NCBI GenBank assembly: GCA_963748215.1
Contig: CAVVHS010000009.1
Coordinates: 320,001-384,000 of the forward strand
Direction of reading: 5' to 3'
Origin: an uncultured Gammaproteobacteria bacterium
GTDB taxonomy: Bacteria > Pseudomonadota > Gammaproteobacteria > UBA9214
DNA length: 64,000 nt
Within the stretch, counting starts at the first letter, position 1, and every line of letters begins with the position of its first letter. Positions 27,309 to 38,720 of this stretch are shown piece after piece. Made by a program: the position numbers and the translations under genes. Below the pieces are notes generated by a model. That model made no database searches and was not told the origin of the DNA. It saw nothing but the letters and a program-made list of their open reading frames with translations.

Positions 27309-30053
27309 GTGACTAATAGAAACGTCAACATGGATACCTTGCTTTCAAGACATTGGCATCATCTGCCACGCGATGAGATCGCCACACTGCTGGAGTCGGA
27401 CGCTGCCAAGGGACTCGATATCTTCGAGGTGGCGCACCGGCAGACGCATTTCGGGCCGAATCGCCTCACCCTGAAGAAAGGCAAAAGTCCGCTGCTATTA
27501 TTTCTGCTGCAGTTTAATCAGCCGCTTGTTTATATCCTGCTGGGCGCGGCGGCCGTCACTTTCGCACTGCAGGAATGGGTTGATAGCGGTGTCATCTTCG
27601 CTGTCGTGCTGGTCAATGCCATTATCGGTTTCATCCAGGAATCAAAGGCATTAAAGGCCATCGAGGCGCTGGCACATGCCATGGAGGGCATGGCGACCGT
27701 CGTCCGGGCGGGGAAAAAAGAAAAAATCGCCGCCACTGAACTGGTTCCCGGGGATCTTGTGTTGCTGCAGTCCGGAGACAAGGTGCCCGCGGACCTGCGC
27801 CTGCTGCGTACCCGGGAACTGCAGATCGATGAGTCGGCCTTGACTGGCGAGTCTGTGCCGGTGCAGAAGCAGCCGGAACATCTGGCGCAGGAAACGCTGC
27901 TTGCCGACCGCAGCAATATCGCGTATTCGTCCACCCTGGTTACCTATGGCACCGGCGCAGGGATTGCTGTTGCCACGGGTGACGGCACCGAGATCGGACA
28001 GATCAATGCACTGATCGCCAGCGCAGATACCCTGGCAACCCCCCTGACCAGGAAAATTACGCACTTCAGCGGAATTTTGCTGTGGGTCATTCTGGGCCTT
28101 GCCGGCTTGACCCTGCTGGCTGGCTGGTACCACGGGACACCCCTGCTCGACAACTTTATGGCGGCAGTGGCGCTGGCCGTTGGTGCGATACCGGAGGGCC
28201 TTCCAGCGGCGATGACTATCATGCTGGCAATCGGCGTGAGCAAGATGGCGCGGCGTCACGCGATTATCCGCAGGATGCCAGCTGTTGAAACCCTGGGCAG
28301 TACGACCGTCATCTGTTCCGACAAGACGGGCACCCTGACCCAGAACCAGATGACGGTGCAGCTGGTCTGTACCGGCGGTAACTGTTACGAGTTCACGGGC
28401 GTGGGTTATGCGCCGCAGGGAGAGGTTTGCCTTGATGAATCCGCAATCGATCCAGAAGCGCATCCTGTCCTTGTGGAGTGTCTCAAGGCCGGCCTGTTAT
28501 GCAACGATTCATGTTTAATCAACAAGGGCGAACAGTGGGGCATCGAGGGAGATCCAACAGAAGTTGCCTTGATTACCGCAGCAGCCAAGGCAGGGCTTTC
28601 ACGGGAGGTGCTGGAGCAGGAATTGCCCCGCATCGATACGTTGCCGTTCGAATCCCAGCATCAATATATGGCCACGCTACACGATGCGGGAACAGCGGCA
28701 GCGGCTGTTATTTATTTGAAGGGTTCCGTTGAAAGCGTGTTATCGCGCTGTCGCGACGCCTATGCCGCAGGACCTGAGGCCGGGTTGCTAGATCCGGCAA
28801 GTGTTCATCGCGAAGTGGAGGAGATGGCGGCAAGGGGATTGCGGGTGCTGGCTTTTGCACGCAAGGTGGTGACTGCCACAAGTCAGTCGGTCTCCCATGC
28901 CGACGTGGCTGATGGCCTTAGCTTTCTTGGTCTGCAGGCCATGATGGATCCTCCGCGACAGGAGGCGATCGCTGCCGTCAGTGCCTGCCAGCGAGCCGGT
29001 ATCCAGGTCAAGATGATTACTGGCGATCATGTGGCCACGGCTGCGGCGATCGCGCATCAGATTGGACTCAAGGGCGCCGCTGGAAGTGACCCTGACAAGT
29101 TCGCTGTCAGCGGGCACAGGCTGTCGCAATTGGTCGATCATGAGCTGGTGGATGTCGCCTGGCAAACGACTGTGTTTGCACGCGTTTCACCCGAACAAAA
29201 GCTGCGCCTGGTGGAGGCGCTGCAGGCCGCAGGCCACGTGGTTGCAATGACGGGCGATGGCGTCAACGATGCGCCCGCGCTCAAGCAGGCCGATATCGGC
29301 GTTGCCATGGGTGTGGGAGGCACCGAGGTGGCTAAAGAGGCGGCTGATATGGTGCTCACCGACGACAACTTCTCGACCATTGAGGCGGCTGTCGAGGAAG
29401 GCAGGGCGGTGTTCGACAACCTCGTTAAGTTCATCACCTGGACCCTGCCTACCAACATCGGAGAAGGGTTGGTGATACTCGTTGCCGTATTCGCCGGCCT
29501 CACACTCCCCATTACACCGGTCCAGATTCTATGGATCAATATGACTACAGCCGTGTTGCTTGGTCTGATGTTGGCCTTCGAGGGTAAGGAGCCGGGGATC
29601 ATGGAGCGTCCGCCGCGACGTCCGGAGACGCCGGTCATCACGACGGAGCTTGCAGTACGTGTCGGTCTCGTGAGCCTGATGCTATTGCTTGGTGCCTTTG
29701 GTCTTTTTGAATGGACGTTGCTGCATGGCAGGAGTGTCGAAGCGGCGCGAACCGTCGCAGTTAATATGTTCGTGTTCGGTGAGCTCTTCTATCTCTTCAA
29801 TTGCCGATCGTTGCGGTACTCGATGTTCAAGCTGGGCGTTTTTTCGAACCGCTGGCTCATCCTCGGTGTGGTTGTAATGGCCTTGCTGCAAGTCTTGTTC
29901 ACCTATACCCCGGCAATGAATCAATTATTTGGAACGGCCCCAATGGAGACTACCGAATGGGTGTGGGTTCTGACTGGCGGATTGGCTATCTACACGGTGG
30001 TGGGCACCGAGAAGTGGCTGCGTCGTCGCGCCGGCGATGAGATAGGCAACTAA
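27309..30053 (+). CDS. Cation-transporting P-type ATPase (type IIA, Ca2+-like)
   Basis: LTGES, AIPEGLP, CSDKTGTLT, MITGDH, MTGDGVNDAPAL, QILWIN. Confidence 0.95.
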   Translation: MTNRNVNMDTLLSRHWHHLPRDEIATLLESDAAKGLDIFEVAHRQTHFGPNRLTLKKGKSPLLLFLLQFNQPLVYILLGAAAVTFALQEWVDSGVIFAVVLVNAIIGFIQESKALKAIEALAHAMEGMATVVRAGKKEKIAATELVPGDLVLLQSGDKVPADLRLLRTRELQIDESALTGESVPVQKQPEHLAQETLLADRSNIAYSSTLVTYGTGAGIAVATGDGTEIGQINALIASADTLATPLTRKITHFSGILLWVILGLAGLTLLAGWYHGTPLLDNFMAAVALAVGAIPEGLPAAMTIMLAIGVSKMARRHAIIRRMPAVETLGSTTVICSDKTGTLTQNQMTVQLVCTGGNCYEFTGVGYAPQGEVCLDESAIDPEAHPVLVECLKAGLLCNDSCLINKGEQWGIEGDPTEVALITAAAKAGLSREVLEQELPRIDTLPFESQHQYMATLHDAGTAAAAVIYLKGSVESVLSRCRDAYAAGPEAGLLDPASVHREVEEMAARGLRVLAFARKVVTATSQSVSHADVADGLSFLGLQAMMDPPRQEAIAAVSACQRAGIQVKMITGDHVATAAAIAHQIGLKGAAGSDPDKFAVSGHRLSQLVDHELVDVAWQTTVFARVSPEQKLRLVEALQAAGHVVAMTGDGVNDAPALKQADIGVAMGVGGTEVAKEAADMVLTDDNFSTIEAAVEEGRAVFDNLVKFITWTLPTNIGEGLVILVAVFAGLTLPITPVQILWINMTTAVLLGLMLAFEGKEPGIMERPPRRPETPVITTELAVRVGLVSLMLLLGAFGLFEWTLLHGRSVEAARTVAVNMFVFGELFYLFNCRSLRYSMFKLGVFSNRWLILGVVVMALLQVLFTYTPAMNQLFGTAPMETTEWVWVLTGGLAIYTVVGTEKWLRRRAGDEIGN

Positions 30054-30059
30054 ATAAGT

Positions 30060-31707
30060 ATGTTTCCTGACGTCTTCACTGAAATGGCGGTGCTGCTGCT
30101 GTTGGCGGCCGGCGTGGGTGCCATCGGTGTGCGCCTGCGACAGCCGCTGATTGTGTCCTTTATTGCGGTGGGCATTCTGGTCGGTCCCTCGGTGCTGGCT
30201 TGGGTAAGCGCGAACGACCAGATCGATCTGCTGGCGAAATTTGGCATCACCTTGTTGCTGTTCGTTGTCGGGCTCAAGCTGGACCTGCATATCATCCGCA
30301 CCATGGGGCCCGTGGCGCTGGCAACGGGGCTTGGCCAGGTCATATTTACCAGTGTCATCGGGTATTTCATTGCGTTAGCGATGGGCATGGCGCCGATTTC
30401 CGCCCTGTATGTGGCGGTCGCATTAACCTTTTCCAGCACCATCATTATCGTCAAGCTGCTCTCTGATAAACGCGAGGTGGATACGCTGCACGGCCGCATC
30501 GCCCTGGGTTTCCTGATCGTGCAGGACCTGGTCGTCGTGTTGGTCATGATCGGTCTCAATGCCCTGGGCGAGACCGGTGAGGCCTCTGTGGCTCACACGG
30601 CTTTTACCGTGTTGATGAAGGGTGTTGCGTTTCTGTTGGTCATTGCCTTGGTCATGCGCTATATCCTGCCACGGCTGCTCCATTTGCTGTCCCGCTCCCA
30701 GGAACTGCTGGTACTGTTTGGCATTGCCTGGGCCGTGAGCCTGGCGATTCTGGGTGATACACTGGGTTTCAGCAAGGAGGTGGGCGCCTTTGTCGCCGGG
30801 GTGTCATTGGCTTCCACACCCTACCGGGATGCGCTGGGCGCGCGCCTGGTAAGCCTGCGTGATTTTCTGTTGCTGTTTTTCTTCATCGATCTGGGGGCAC
30901 GACTCGACCTCGGACTGCTGGGTGCCCAACTGGTAGAGGCTTTGGTGTTCTCCTTATTCGTGCTGATCGGGAATCCGCTGATCGTGATGGTCATCATGGG
31001 AGCGTTGGGGTACCGCAAGCGTACCGGGTTTCTGGCGGGGCTTACGGTGGCGCAAATCAGCGAATTTTCCCTGATTCTGGGAGCGTTGGGATTGAGCCTC
31101 GGTCATATTGACGCCGAGACCATGGGGTTGATCACCCTGGTTGGCATCATCACTATCAGCGCCTCGACCTATATGATCATTTATTCCCATCCGCTCTATG
31201 AATGGTTGGCACCCTGGCTGAAGGTGTTCGAGCGCCAGCGTCCCCACCGGGAGCTCGGGCAGGGCGTGGCGCCTGAGGACGGCGTCGCGGAGATCATACT
31301 TTTTGGAATGGGGCGCTACGGGTCCGGCATCGCGCAGGCACTGCGGCAGCGCGGCTGCCGGGTGCTGAGTGTCGACTACAACCCGGAACTGGTACGCTCT
31401 GGCGACAGCCATGGGCTATCCGGTGCTTTACGGCGATGCCGAAGATCCCGAGTTCATCGCGTCGCTGCCGTTTGCACGCACCCAATGGGTCGTCTGCACG
31501 GTGCGCGAACGTCACGTCAGCCAGGCGCTTATCCATTCCCTGCGAAGTATGGGCTATGCGGGACAGATCGCGGTAACCGCCCGCACCCCCGGTGAGGTTG
31601 CCAGACTGGAGCGAGCGGGCGCCGACCTGGTGCTGGTGCCGTATACTGATGCCGCTCGCGAGGCAGCTGGCCGGCTACTGGGACAGGATTCCCCGGTGAT
31701 ACCGTGA
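30060..31707 (+). CDS. Kef-type CPA2 antiporter with TrkA-N/RCK domain; +1 frameshift near 31414
   Basis: LLFVVGLKL, LIVQD, AQISEFSLI, FGMGRYG; continues in the next frame as GYPVLYGDAEDPE to 31707. Confidence 0.85.
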
Positions 31708-31932
31708 CGAGCCGCGTTCTCAAGACCAGTCATTCTGGCTCGTGGGGTTGCTGATGGAATTGGTCTCTTCCTGGCATTCGGCAGCACACGATCTGTGGCC
31801 AGGCAGACAGAGTATTAGTCGCTTATCTGATGGGGGACATGGCCAAGGCCAAGGTCTTCGGTACTATGTGTCTGGAACGGGTGATGGCTACGACTGCGAG
31901 GCTGCGCAGTTCTCTCGCCAGGGTACTGACGA

Positions 31933-32442
31933 ATGACATTGATGAAGGCGAAAATCAGTTGGTCGACCATCGTCTCGCGGGGGCTTCTGTTCACACTCAT
32001 CTGGTGGAGCCTCACCGACGGCGCCGCACCGTCATGGTGGATCGGTGTGCCGGCGGTGTTGCTTGCGGTTATTGCCAGCGTCGCGCTATTGCCACCTGCA
32101 CCTTTAGTCTGGTACGAGTTGCTGAGGTTCGCGCCCTTTTTCCTCATGCGCTCCTTGCGTGGTGGTGCGGACGTGGCATGGTGCGCGTTTCATCCTGATA
32201 TGCCCATTGCCCCTGACCTTATTGAATACCCGCTGCAGCTGCCGCCGGGATTGCCGCGGGTATTCATGGCCAACGCAGTCAATCTGCTGCCAGGCACTTT
32301 GACCGCCGAACTCGGTGCGAATTGTTTGAAAGTGCATGTGCTGGACAGGCAGAAAGGTTTCCTAGCCGAGCTCGAGGCGGTGGAGCAAAGCGTGGCCCGG
32401 ATATTCGCTATATCTATGAAGGTTTCTGGAGGAGGTGAATGA
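31933..32442 (+). CDS. mrpE: Mrp/Mnh antiporter subunit E
   Basis: SLRGGADVA, FMANAVNLLPGTL, LKVHVLD. Confidence 0.85.
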   Translation: MTLMKAKISWSTIVSRGLLFTLIWWSLTDGAAPSWWIGVPAVLLAVIASVALLPPAPLVWYELLRFAPFFLMRSLRGGADVAWCAFHPDMPIAPDLIEYPLQLPPGLPRVFMANAVNLLPGTLTAELGANCLKVHVLDRQKGFLAELEAVEQSVARIFAISMKVSGGGE

Positions 32443-33427
32443 AATGAAGCGATTCAAGGATATTCTTTGCGTGGTGGAAACCACGGCGGCATGCGAGCCT
32501 GCGCTGGCGCGTGCCGTCACGCTGGCAGAGGACAACCAGGCCAGCCTGACGATCGTTGACGTGGCCGAGCGCGTTACAGCCGGCATCGGGATGCCGGATG
32601 GTGGGCCGATATCTGTCGACCTGCAGGCCGCGACGGTGAGCGCGCATACGCAGGATCTGGAAACCCTGGTCGATCCTTACCGCAAACGGATCGAGATCCA
32701 CACCAGGGTATTACTCGGTGTGCCTTTTCTGGAAATCATCCGCGAGGTACTGCGCAACGGACACGACCTGGTGATCAAAATCCCCGAAACATGGGATTGG
32801 CTGGACCGGTTTTTCGGCAGCGATGATATGCACCTGCTGCGCAAGTGCCCCTGCCCGGTTTGGCTCATCAAGCCTCAGGCGCCGAAAGCCTACCGGCGTA
32901 TTCTGGCGGCGGTTGATGTAGACGATGCGTACCCGCCGGCGGAGTTAGAATCACGACGCGCGCTGAACCGGCAGATTCTAGAAATGGCCAGTTCCCAGGC
33001 GCTGTCCGACTTCGCCGAGCTGCACATTGTGCATGCCTGGGATGCAATCGGCGAAAGTGCCATGCGCAGCGGGGCATTCATGAGTCGGCCAGAACACGAG
33101 GTCGACGCTTATGTCGAACAGGTGAGGCGGCAGCACACGGCCAATTTGGACGGGCTGATACGCGAGGTGACCAGCCATCTGGGGCAGGACGCCCTTAATT
33201 ATCTCAAGCCTCAAACGCATCTGGTGAAGGGATGGGCTCGCAAAGAGATACCGGCATTGGCCAAACGGATCGAGGCCGATCTTGTCGTCATGGGGACCGT
33301 GGCGCGCACCGGCGTTCCCGGATTCATCATGGGCAATACGGCGGAGACAATCCTCAACCAGATCGATTGCTCTGTGCTCGCGATCAAGCCGCCCGGCTTC
33401 ATCACGCCGGTCACGTTGGGGGGTTGA
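32435..33427 (+). CDS. Universal stress protein (tandem Usp), inside the mrp operon
   Basis: FKDILCVV, HLLRKCPCPVWLIK, DLVVMGTVARTGVPGFIMGNTAETIL. Confidence 0.92.
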   Translation: MNEMKRFKDILCVVETTAACEPALARAVTLAEDNQASLTIVDVAERVTAGIGMPDGGPISVDLQAATVSAHTQDLETLVDPYRKRIEIHTRVLLGVPFLEIIREVLRNGHDLVIKIPETWDWLDRFFGSDDMHLLRKCPCPVWLIKPQAPKAYRRILAAVDVDDAYPPAELESRRALNRQILEMASSQALSDFAELHIVHAWDAIGESAMRSGAFMSRPEHEVDAYVEQVRRQHTANLDGLIREVTSHLGQDALNYLKPQTHLVKGWARKEIPALAKRIEADLVVMGTVARTGVPGFIMGNTAETILNQIDCSVLAIKPPGFITPVTLGG

Positions 33428-33433
33428 ACACAC

Positions 33434-33712
33434 GTGCAGATCCTTTACCTTGCATTGGCATTGTTTCTGCTGCTGAATCTCGGCGCAGGAATGTGGCGCG
33501 TGCTGCGCGGCCCGACTGCCGCCGATCGTATGCTGGCCGCGCAGTTATTTGGTACCACTGCGGTGGCCGTGCTACTGCTGCTGGCGCAGGCGACTGGAAA
33601 TGCAGCCTTGCGCGATGTGGCTCTGGTGTTCGCCCTGTTGGCCGCGGTCACGGCGGTGGCCTTCGTGCGGCGCGCCTGGCCGGATCAGGGGGTGGACCAT
33701 GATTCCGAGTGA
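33434..33712 (+). CDS. mrpF: Mrp subunit F
   Basis: RVLRGPTAADRMLA, DVALVFALL. Confidence 0.88.
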   Translation: MQILYLALALFLLLNLGAGMWRVLRGPTAADRMLAAQLFGTTAVAVLLLLAQATGNAALRDVALVFALLAAVTAVAFVRRAWPDQGVDHDSE

Positions 33713-34000
33713 TTATCCTCTCCGCGGCACTGCTGATCATCCGGGGCCGTCTTCTTTCTGGCCGGCACCCTGGGCCTGCTGCGCTTTCCCGATGTGTATA
33801 CCCGCCTTCACGCCCTGACCAAGGCCGACAATGTTGGTCTGGGTCTTATGATAGCGGGGCTGGCCGTGCAGGCGGAATCATGGGCGGTGGTGGGCAAGCT
33901 GCTGCTGATCTGGGTCTTGGTGTTGCTTGCCGGAGCCAGTGTTGCCCATCTGGTCGCCAGGGGGGCATTGCAGAGGGGAATACAGCTGTGGAGACGCTGA
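33699..34000 (+). CDS. mrpG: Mrp subunit G; two +1 frameshifts (~33717, ~33742)
   Basis: Pieces DY/LSAALLII/GAVFFLAGTLGLLRFPDVYTRLHALTKADNVG lie in three frames. Confidence 0.8.
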
Positions 34001-34281
34001 CCCTGTTGGCATGGACGTTCGATAGCCTGTTGGGATTGGGATTGTTGTGGTTGGCCTGGCGGGCGTTGGCCTGCCCGGATCTGTTCAGGGCCATAGTGTT
34101 GTTCGTCGCCTTTGGCCTGCTGATGGCACTGGCCTGGGCGCGCCTGGATGCGCCGGATATCGCCCTGGCGGAGGCGGCCATCGGTGCAGGACTCACGGGT
34201 GCCTTGTTGATGGCGGCGCTGGCGCGTCTCAATCGCGCCGATCGGGAACAATGGAAACAAAAACAGCACGATGAGCAATAA
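33988..34281 (+). CDS. DUF4040 / MrpB-N-like small subunit
   Basis: DLFRAIVLFVAFGLLMALAWARLDAPDIALAEAAIGAG; GTG at 33988. Confidence 0.8.
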   Translation: METLTLLAWTFDSLLGLGLLWLAWRALACPDLFRAIVLFVAFGLLMALAWARLDAPDIALAEAAIGAGLTGALLMAALARLNRADREQWKQKQHDEQ

Positions 34282-34750
34282 GAGAACGATGCATCGCGGC
34301 TCAACACAACACCTCTATACGGGAAAATCAACAATGATTGGCTATCTGAAAAAATTCGAGCGCGTGGTTGTCGGGGCATTGCTCCTGATGCTGGCGCTGG
34401 TGGTGTTTCTGTCGGTAGTGGAGCTGGGCTGGGTATTGATCAAGTATATAGCTACGCCCCCGCGATTCATTCTTGAAATCAGGCAATTGCTGGAACTGTT
34501 TGGACTGTTTCTCCTGGTCCTGATTGGTATCGAGTTGCTGGAAACCATAAAGAAATACTACACGGAAGGCCGGGTGGACCTGGATGTGATCATTGCCGTC
34601 GCCCTGATCGCACTTAGCCGCAAGATTATCACTGTGGATCCGAAGGAATATGATCCCCTTACCTTGGTCGGAATGGCGGCCATCATCCTGGCGTTGGTGC
34701 TGGGTTACTGGATCGCAAAGAAGACAAACCGAGACGCACAAAATGCATGA
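34271..34750 (+). CDS. PsiE-family membrane protein
   Basis: LFGLFLLVLIGIELLETIK.Y, VALIALSRKII; true start may be 34334. Confidence 0.8.
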   Translation: MSNKRTMHRGSTQHLYTGKSTMIGYLKKFERVVVGALLLMLALVVFLSVVELGWVLIKYIATPPRFILEIRQLLELFGLFLLVLIGIELLETIKKYYTEGRVDLDVIIAVALIALSRKIITVDPKEYDPLTLVGMAAIILALVLGYWIAKKTNRDAQNA

Positions 34751-35447
34751 CAAGACGGCACGGCTGACAACCGATGAATACACACAGGTCGCGCCGGTGG
34801 TTCGCCTGGTGATTGCGCTACTGGTCTCGGCGGTTGCTGCAGGGCTGGCTTATGCCGTGTCGTCATTACCGCTGGTCACCACGGGTTTGCAGGAAGCTGT
34901 TGCAGAGCAAATGGCGCTGAGCGGGGTCAGCCATCCGGTGACCGCAGTGCTGCTCAACTTCCGCGGCTATGACACATTACTCGAGATGGGCGTATTGCTG
35001 CTGGCGCTGGTGGGCGTCTGGTCGCTGGGCTCGGCACCATCGAGTCGCGAACCCTCGCCGGGTGCCGTGCTGGAATTTCTCGCCCGGTTCTTTGCCCCGC
35101 TGATGATCCTGATAGCCGGTTATCTGCTTTGGGCCGGTGCCCATGCACCAGGTGGCGCCTTTCAGGCGGGGGCGGTGCTGGGCGCCAGCGGCGTACTGCT
35201 GCTGTTATCGGGCTGGCATCTGCCTGCGTCGCTGGCGGGCTGGCCGCTGCGCTTGACGTTGGTTGCGGGCCTGGCGGTGTTCGCCGCAGTGGCGGCAGGT
35301 GTCATGTGGACAGGGGCATCGCTGCTGGAGTATCCGCCGCAATGGGCTGGCGGCCTGATCCTGCTGATCGAGGCGGCAGCAACCCTGTCCATCGGCGCGA
35401 CCCTGGCGGCCCTGTTTCTGGGCGGACGGCCGGAGGATCGTCCGTGA
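34743..35447 (+). CDS. mrpB: Mrp subunit B
   Basis: SGVSHPVTAVLLNFRGYDTLLE, GAHAPGGAFQAG. Confidence 0.85.
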   Translation: MHDKTARLTTDEYTQVAPVVRLVIALLVSAVAAGLAYAVSSLPLVTTGLQEAVAEQMALSGVSHPVTAVLLNFRGYDTLLEMGVLLLALVGVWSLGSAPSSREPSPGAVLEFLARFFAPLMILIAGYLLWAGAHAPGGAFQAGAVLGASGVLLLLSGWHLPASLAGWPLRLTLVAGLAVFAAVAAGVMWTGASLLEYPPQWAGGLILLIEAAATLSIGATLAALFLGGRPEDRP

Positions 35448-35752
35448 CACCTGCGTTGCTCTATGCGCTGACCGGGTTGGGGCTCTTTTCCCTGGGCCTT
35501 TATGCCTTGATTGTTCATGCCCACCTGTTGCGCAAGATCCTGGCGCTGAACGTCATGGGCAGCGGCGTATTTCTGGTGCTTGGCGGACTGGCACGCCGCG
35601 TGCCGCAGGGGGCGCCAGACCCGGTGCCGCAGGCGATGGTGATCACCGGCATCGTGGTGGCGGTGGCGGCCACCGCCCTGGCCCTGGTGCTGATGTTGCG
35701 CGTGCGGGCGGCCACTGGCCGCACCGTGTTGCCCGACGGACAAAGTGACTAG
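35444..35752 (+). CDS. mrpC: Mrp subunit C
   Basis: LLRKILALNVMGSGVFL, PDPVPQAMVITGIVV; GTG start overlapping the mrpB stop. Confidence 0.88.
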   Translation: MTPALLYALTGLGLFSLGLYALIVHAHLLRKILALNVMGSGVFLVLGGLARRVPQGAPDPVPQAMVITGIVVAVAATALALVLMLRVRAATGRTVLPDGQSD

Positions 35753-37224
35753 CCCAATGGAACAAACCACTATCGCCCTCACCTGGAGCGTCGTGCTCAT
35801 CCTGTTGCCGCTAGCGGGGGCCCTGCTGGCTTTTTTGTTCCGGCGCGTAGCCACTTTAATCGGTATCGGCACCGCAGTAGCGACGAGCTTCACCGCTGTG
35901 GCACTAGCCCGGGCGGTGATTATGGACGGCACAGTGCATCACGCCGTCGGCGGCTGGGGCGCACCGCTCGGCATTGATCTGCGTGCGGATGGCCTGAGTG
36001 TGCTGATGCTGCTCATGACCGCCGCAGTCGGTCTGGCGATCAGCCTCTATGCACCGGCTTATTTCCGGGACGAGTCGCGCAAGGCAGAACAATTCTGGCC
36101 ACTGTGGCTGTTCTTGTGGACGGGACTGAATGCGCTGTTTCTGTCCGCCGACATCTTCAACCTCTATGTCACCCTGGAGTTGCTGGGCCTGGCGGCGGTG
36201 GCGCTCACTGCACTGTCCGGTCGGGCCGATGCCTTGACCGGCGCCATGCGTTATCTGCTGGCTACGCTGCTGGGGTCGCTCCTGTACCTGCTTGGCGTCG
36301 CGCTGCTCTATCACGGCTTTGGCAGCGTTGACATCGCGATACTTGCCGTGCGGGTCGAGCCCTCTCCAGTGGTCTGGGCCGCGTTGGGGCTGATGAGTGC
36401 CGGCCTGTTGCTCAAGACAGCACTTTTCCCGTTGCATTTCTGGCTGCCGCCGGCCCATGCCAGCGCCCCTGCACCCGTGAGTGCGTTGCTGTCAGCGCTG
36501 GTGGTGAAAGCCTCTTTCTATATCCTGCTGCGTTTGTGGCTGGAGATCTTCGGTACCCTCGGCGAGGGCGTCGACACACTGTTCGGCCTGCTCGGTGCTG
36601 TGGCCATACTCTGGGGCTCCTTGCAGGCCTTGCGCCAGACCCGGCTGAAGCTGCTCATCGCCTATTCCACCGTAGCGCAGCTCGGCTACCTGTTCCTGGC
36701 ATTTCCGCTGGCGGTCACCGCCGGGGCTGCTGCCTGGAGCGCGGCCGCGTACCTGGCGCTTTCTCACGCCCTGGCGAAGGCGGCCATGTTTCTGGCGGCC
36801 GGCAATCTGTTGCGCTTTGGCGGCCATGACCGCATCGCGGACCTGGATCGGGTGGTGCAGCGTCTGCCGCTCACCACCGGCGCCTTCGCGCTGGCCGGGG
36901 TGAGCATCATGGGCCTGCCGCCGAGCGGAGGTTTTATCGGTAAGTGGCTGCTCCTTGAGACGGCCCTGGCACAGGGACGATGGGACCTCGCGGCGGTGCA
37001 TGATCCTCGGCGGTTTGCTGGCGGCGGGCTATATTTTCAAGGTGCTGGGGCACGCCTTTACCCAGGCGCCTGAAACACACGAGCCAATTGAAGTGCCCGC
37101 CAGCATGGAATGGGCGGCGCTGTTGCTCGCGATGGGGGCGGTGCTGCTGGGCTTTCTGGCCGTTCCTGTGTTGTCGCTGATTGGCATCGGCGACCCATTC
37201 GGCGCCGGTGAGGTCATGCCATGA
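35745..37224 (+). CDS. mrpD: MrpD-like subunit 1; +1 frameshift near 36999
   Basis: GGWGAPLGIDLRADGL, DIFNLYVTLEL, KTALFPLHFWLPPAH, GLPPSGGFIGKW; tail MILGGLLAAGY in the next frame. Confidence 0.85.
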
Positions 37225-38720
37225 ACTGGGATGCGTGGATTCCTCTCCTGGTAATTGCAAGCTCTCTGCTGCCGGGTTTGATCATCTTCGGTCTGGCAGA
37301 AGACCGGGTACGTACACGCACGCTGCTCAACCTGCTTGGGGCCTCGGTCAAACTCGCATTGGTAGGCTGGATGCTGTGGGGTGTCTACCACGGGCATCAT
37401 TTCGAAACGCGGCTGGCACTGTTACCGGATCTGGAACTGGTGCTGCGTGCTGGCCCACTGTCGCTGTTGTTCGTCACCCTGTCCACCGGGCTCTGGCTGG
37501 TCACTACGGTCTATGCGATCGGCTACCTGGAAGGCTCGCCCCATCGCAGCCGTTTCTTCGGCTTTTTCAACCTGTGCGTAACCGCCACTGTTGGCGTGGC
37601 CCTGTCCGGCAACCTGATCACCTTCCTGGTGTTCTACGAGCTGTTGACCCTGGCCACCTACCCGCTGGTCGTGCATCGCGGCACGGAAGCGGCTCGCCTT
37701 GCCGGGCAGACCTATCTTGCCTACACCATCTTCGGTGGCGCCTTGCTGTTGTTGGGAACTGTGTGGCTCTACACCTTGACGGGTACCCTGGAATTTACCC
37801 CGCGGGGTTTTCTTGAGGGTGTGGAGGAAGGGCATCGCCCGGCGCTGGTGGTCATCTTCGCCCTGCTGATCGCCGGATTCGGCGTGAAGGCGGCGCTGGT
37901 GCCGCTGCATGGCTGGCTGCCAAAGGCCATGGTCGCCCCGGCACCGGTCAGCGCCCTGCTGCATGCGGTGGCTGTGGTGAAGGCCGGCGCGTTCGGCATC
38001 GTGCGTGTGGTCTATGACGTGTTCGGGGTGGAGTATGCCGCCGGACTGGGTGTCACCGGTCCGTTGGCGGTCGTGGCCGCCGTGACGATTATCTACGGAT
38101 CGCTGCGTGCCCTGTTTCAGGATGATCTGAAGCGCAGGCTGGCCTTCTCGACAGTGAGTCAGGTGTCCTACATTGTCCTGGGTGTCGCCATTGTCGGACC
38201 GGTCGCTACCATCGGCGGCGTGGTGCACCTGGTGCACCAGGGCGTGATGAAAATCACTTTGTTTTTCTGCGCGGGTAATCTGGCCGAGACCCTGGGGATT
38301 CACAAGATCAGCGAGATGAACGGCGTGGGCCGGCGCATGCCCTGGACCATGGCGGCGTTTACTGTCGGTGCCTTCGGCATGATGGGTGTGCCGCCGATTG
38401 CCGGATTCATTAGCAAATGGTATCTGGGTCTGGGCGCGCTGGAGGCCGGCCAGGGCTGGGTGATCTTCGTGCTGGCCGGCAGCAGCCTGCTCAATGCCGC
38501 CTATTTCCTGCCCATACTGCATGCGGCCTGGTTCAGGGAGCCTCCGGTTGTCTGGCCGGAGGAGCACGACTTTGGCCGCAAGGAGACTGCCTGGGCGCTG
38601 TTGCTGCCACCGCTGATTACGGCAGTCATGGCCCTGGGCGTGGGGCTGTTGGCCTCGGTGCCCTTCAGTCCGCTGGAGTGGTCAAAACTGATAGCGGCAC
38701 GGGAGTTTTACCGGCCATGA
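37221..38720 (+). CDS. MrpD-like subunit 2
   Basis: FLVFYELLT, GFGVKAALVPLHGWLPKAMVAP, DDLKRRLAFSTVSQ, GFISKWYL. Confidence 0.88.
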   Translation: MNWDAWIPLLVIASSLLPGLIIFGLAEDRVRTRTLLNLLGASVKLALVGWMLWGVYHGHHFETRLALLPDLELVLRAGPLSLLFVTLSTGLWLVTTVYAIGYLEGSPHRSRFFGFFNLCVTATVGVALSGNLITFLVFYELLTLATYPLVVHRGTEAARLAGQTYLAYTIFGGALLLLGTVWLYTLTGTLEFTPRGFLEGVEEGHRPALVVIFALLIAGFGVKAALVPLHGWLPKAMVAPAPVSALLHAVAVVKAGAFGIVRVVYDVFGVEYAAGLGVTGPLAVVAAVTIIYGSLRALFQDDLKRRLAFSTVSQVSYIVLGVAIVGPVATIGGVVHLVHQGVMKITLFFCAGNLAETLGIHKISEMNGVGRRMPWTMAAFTVGAFGMMGVPPIAGFISKWYLGLGALEAGQGWVIFVLAGSSLLNAAYFLPILHAAWFREPPVVWPEEHDFGRKETAWALLLPPLITAVMALGVGLLASVPFSPLEWSKLIAAREFYRP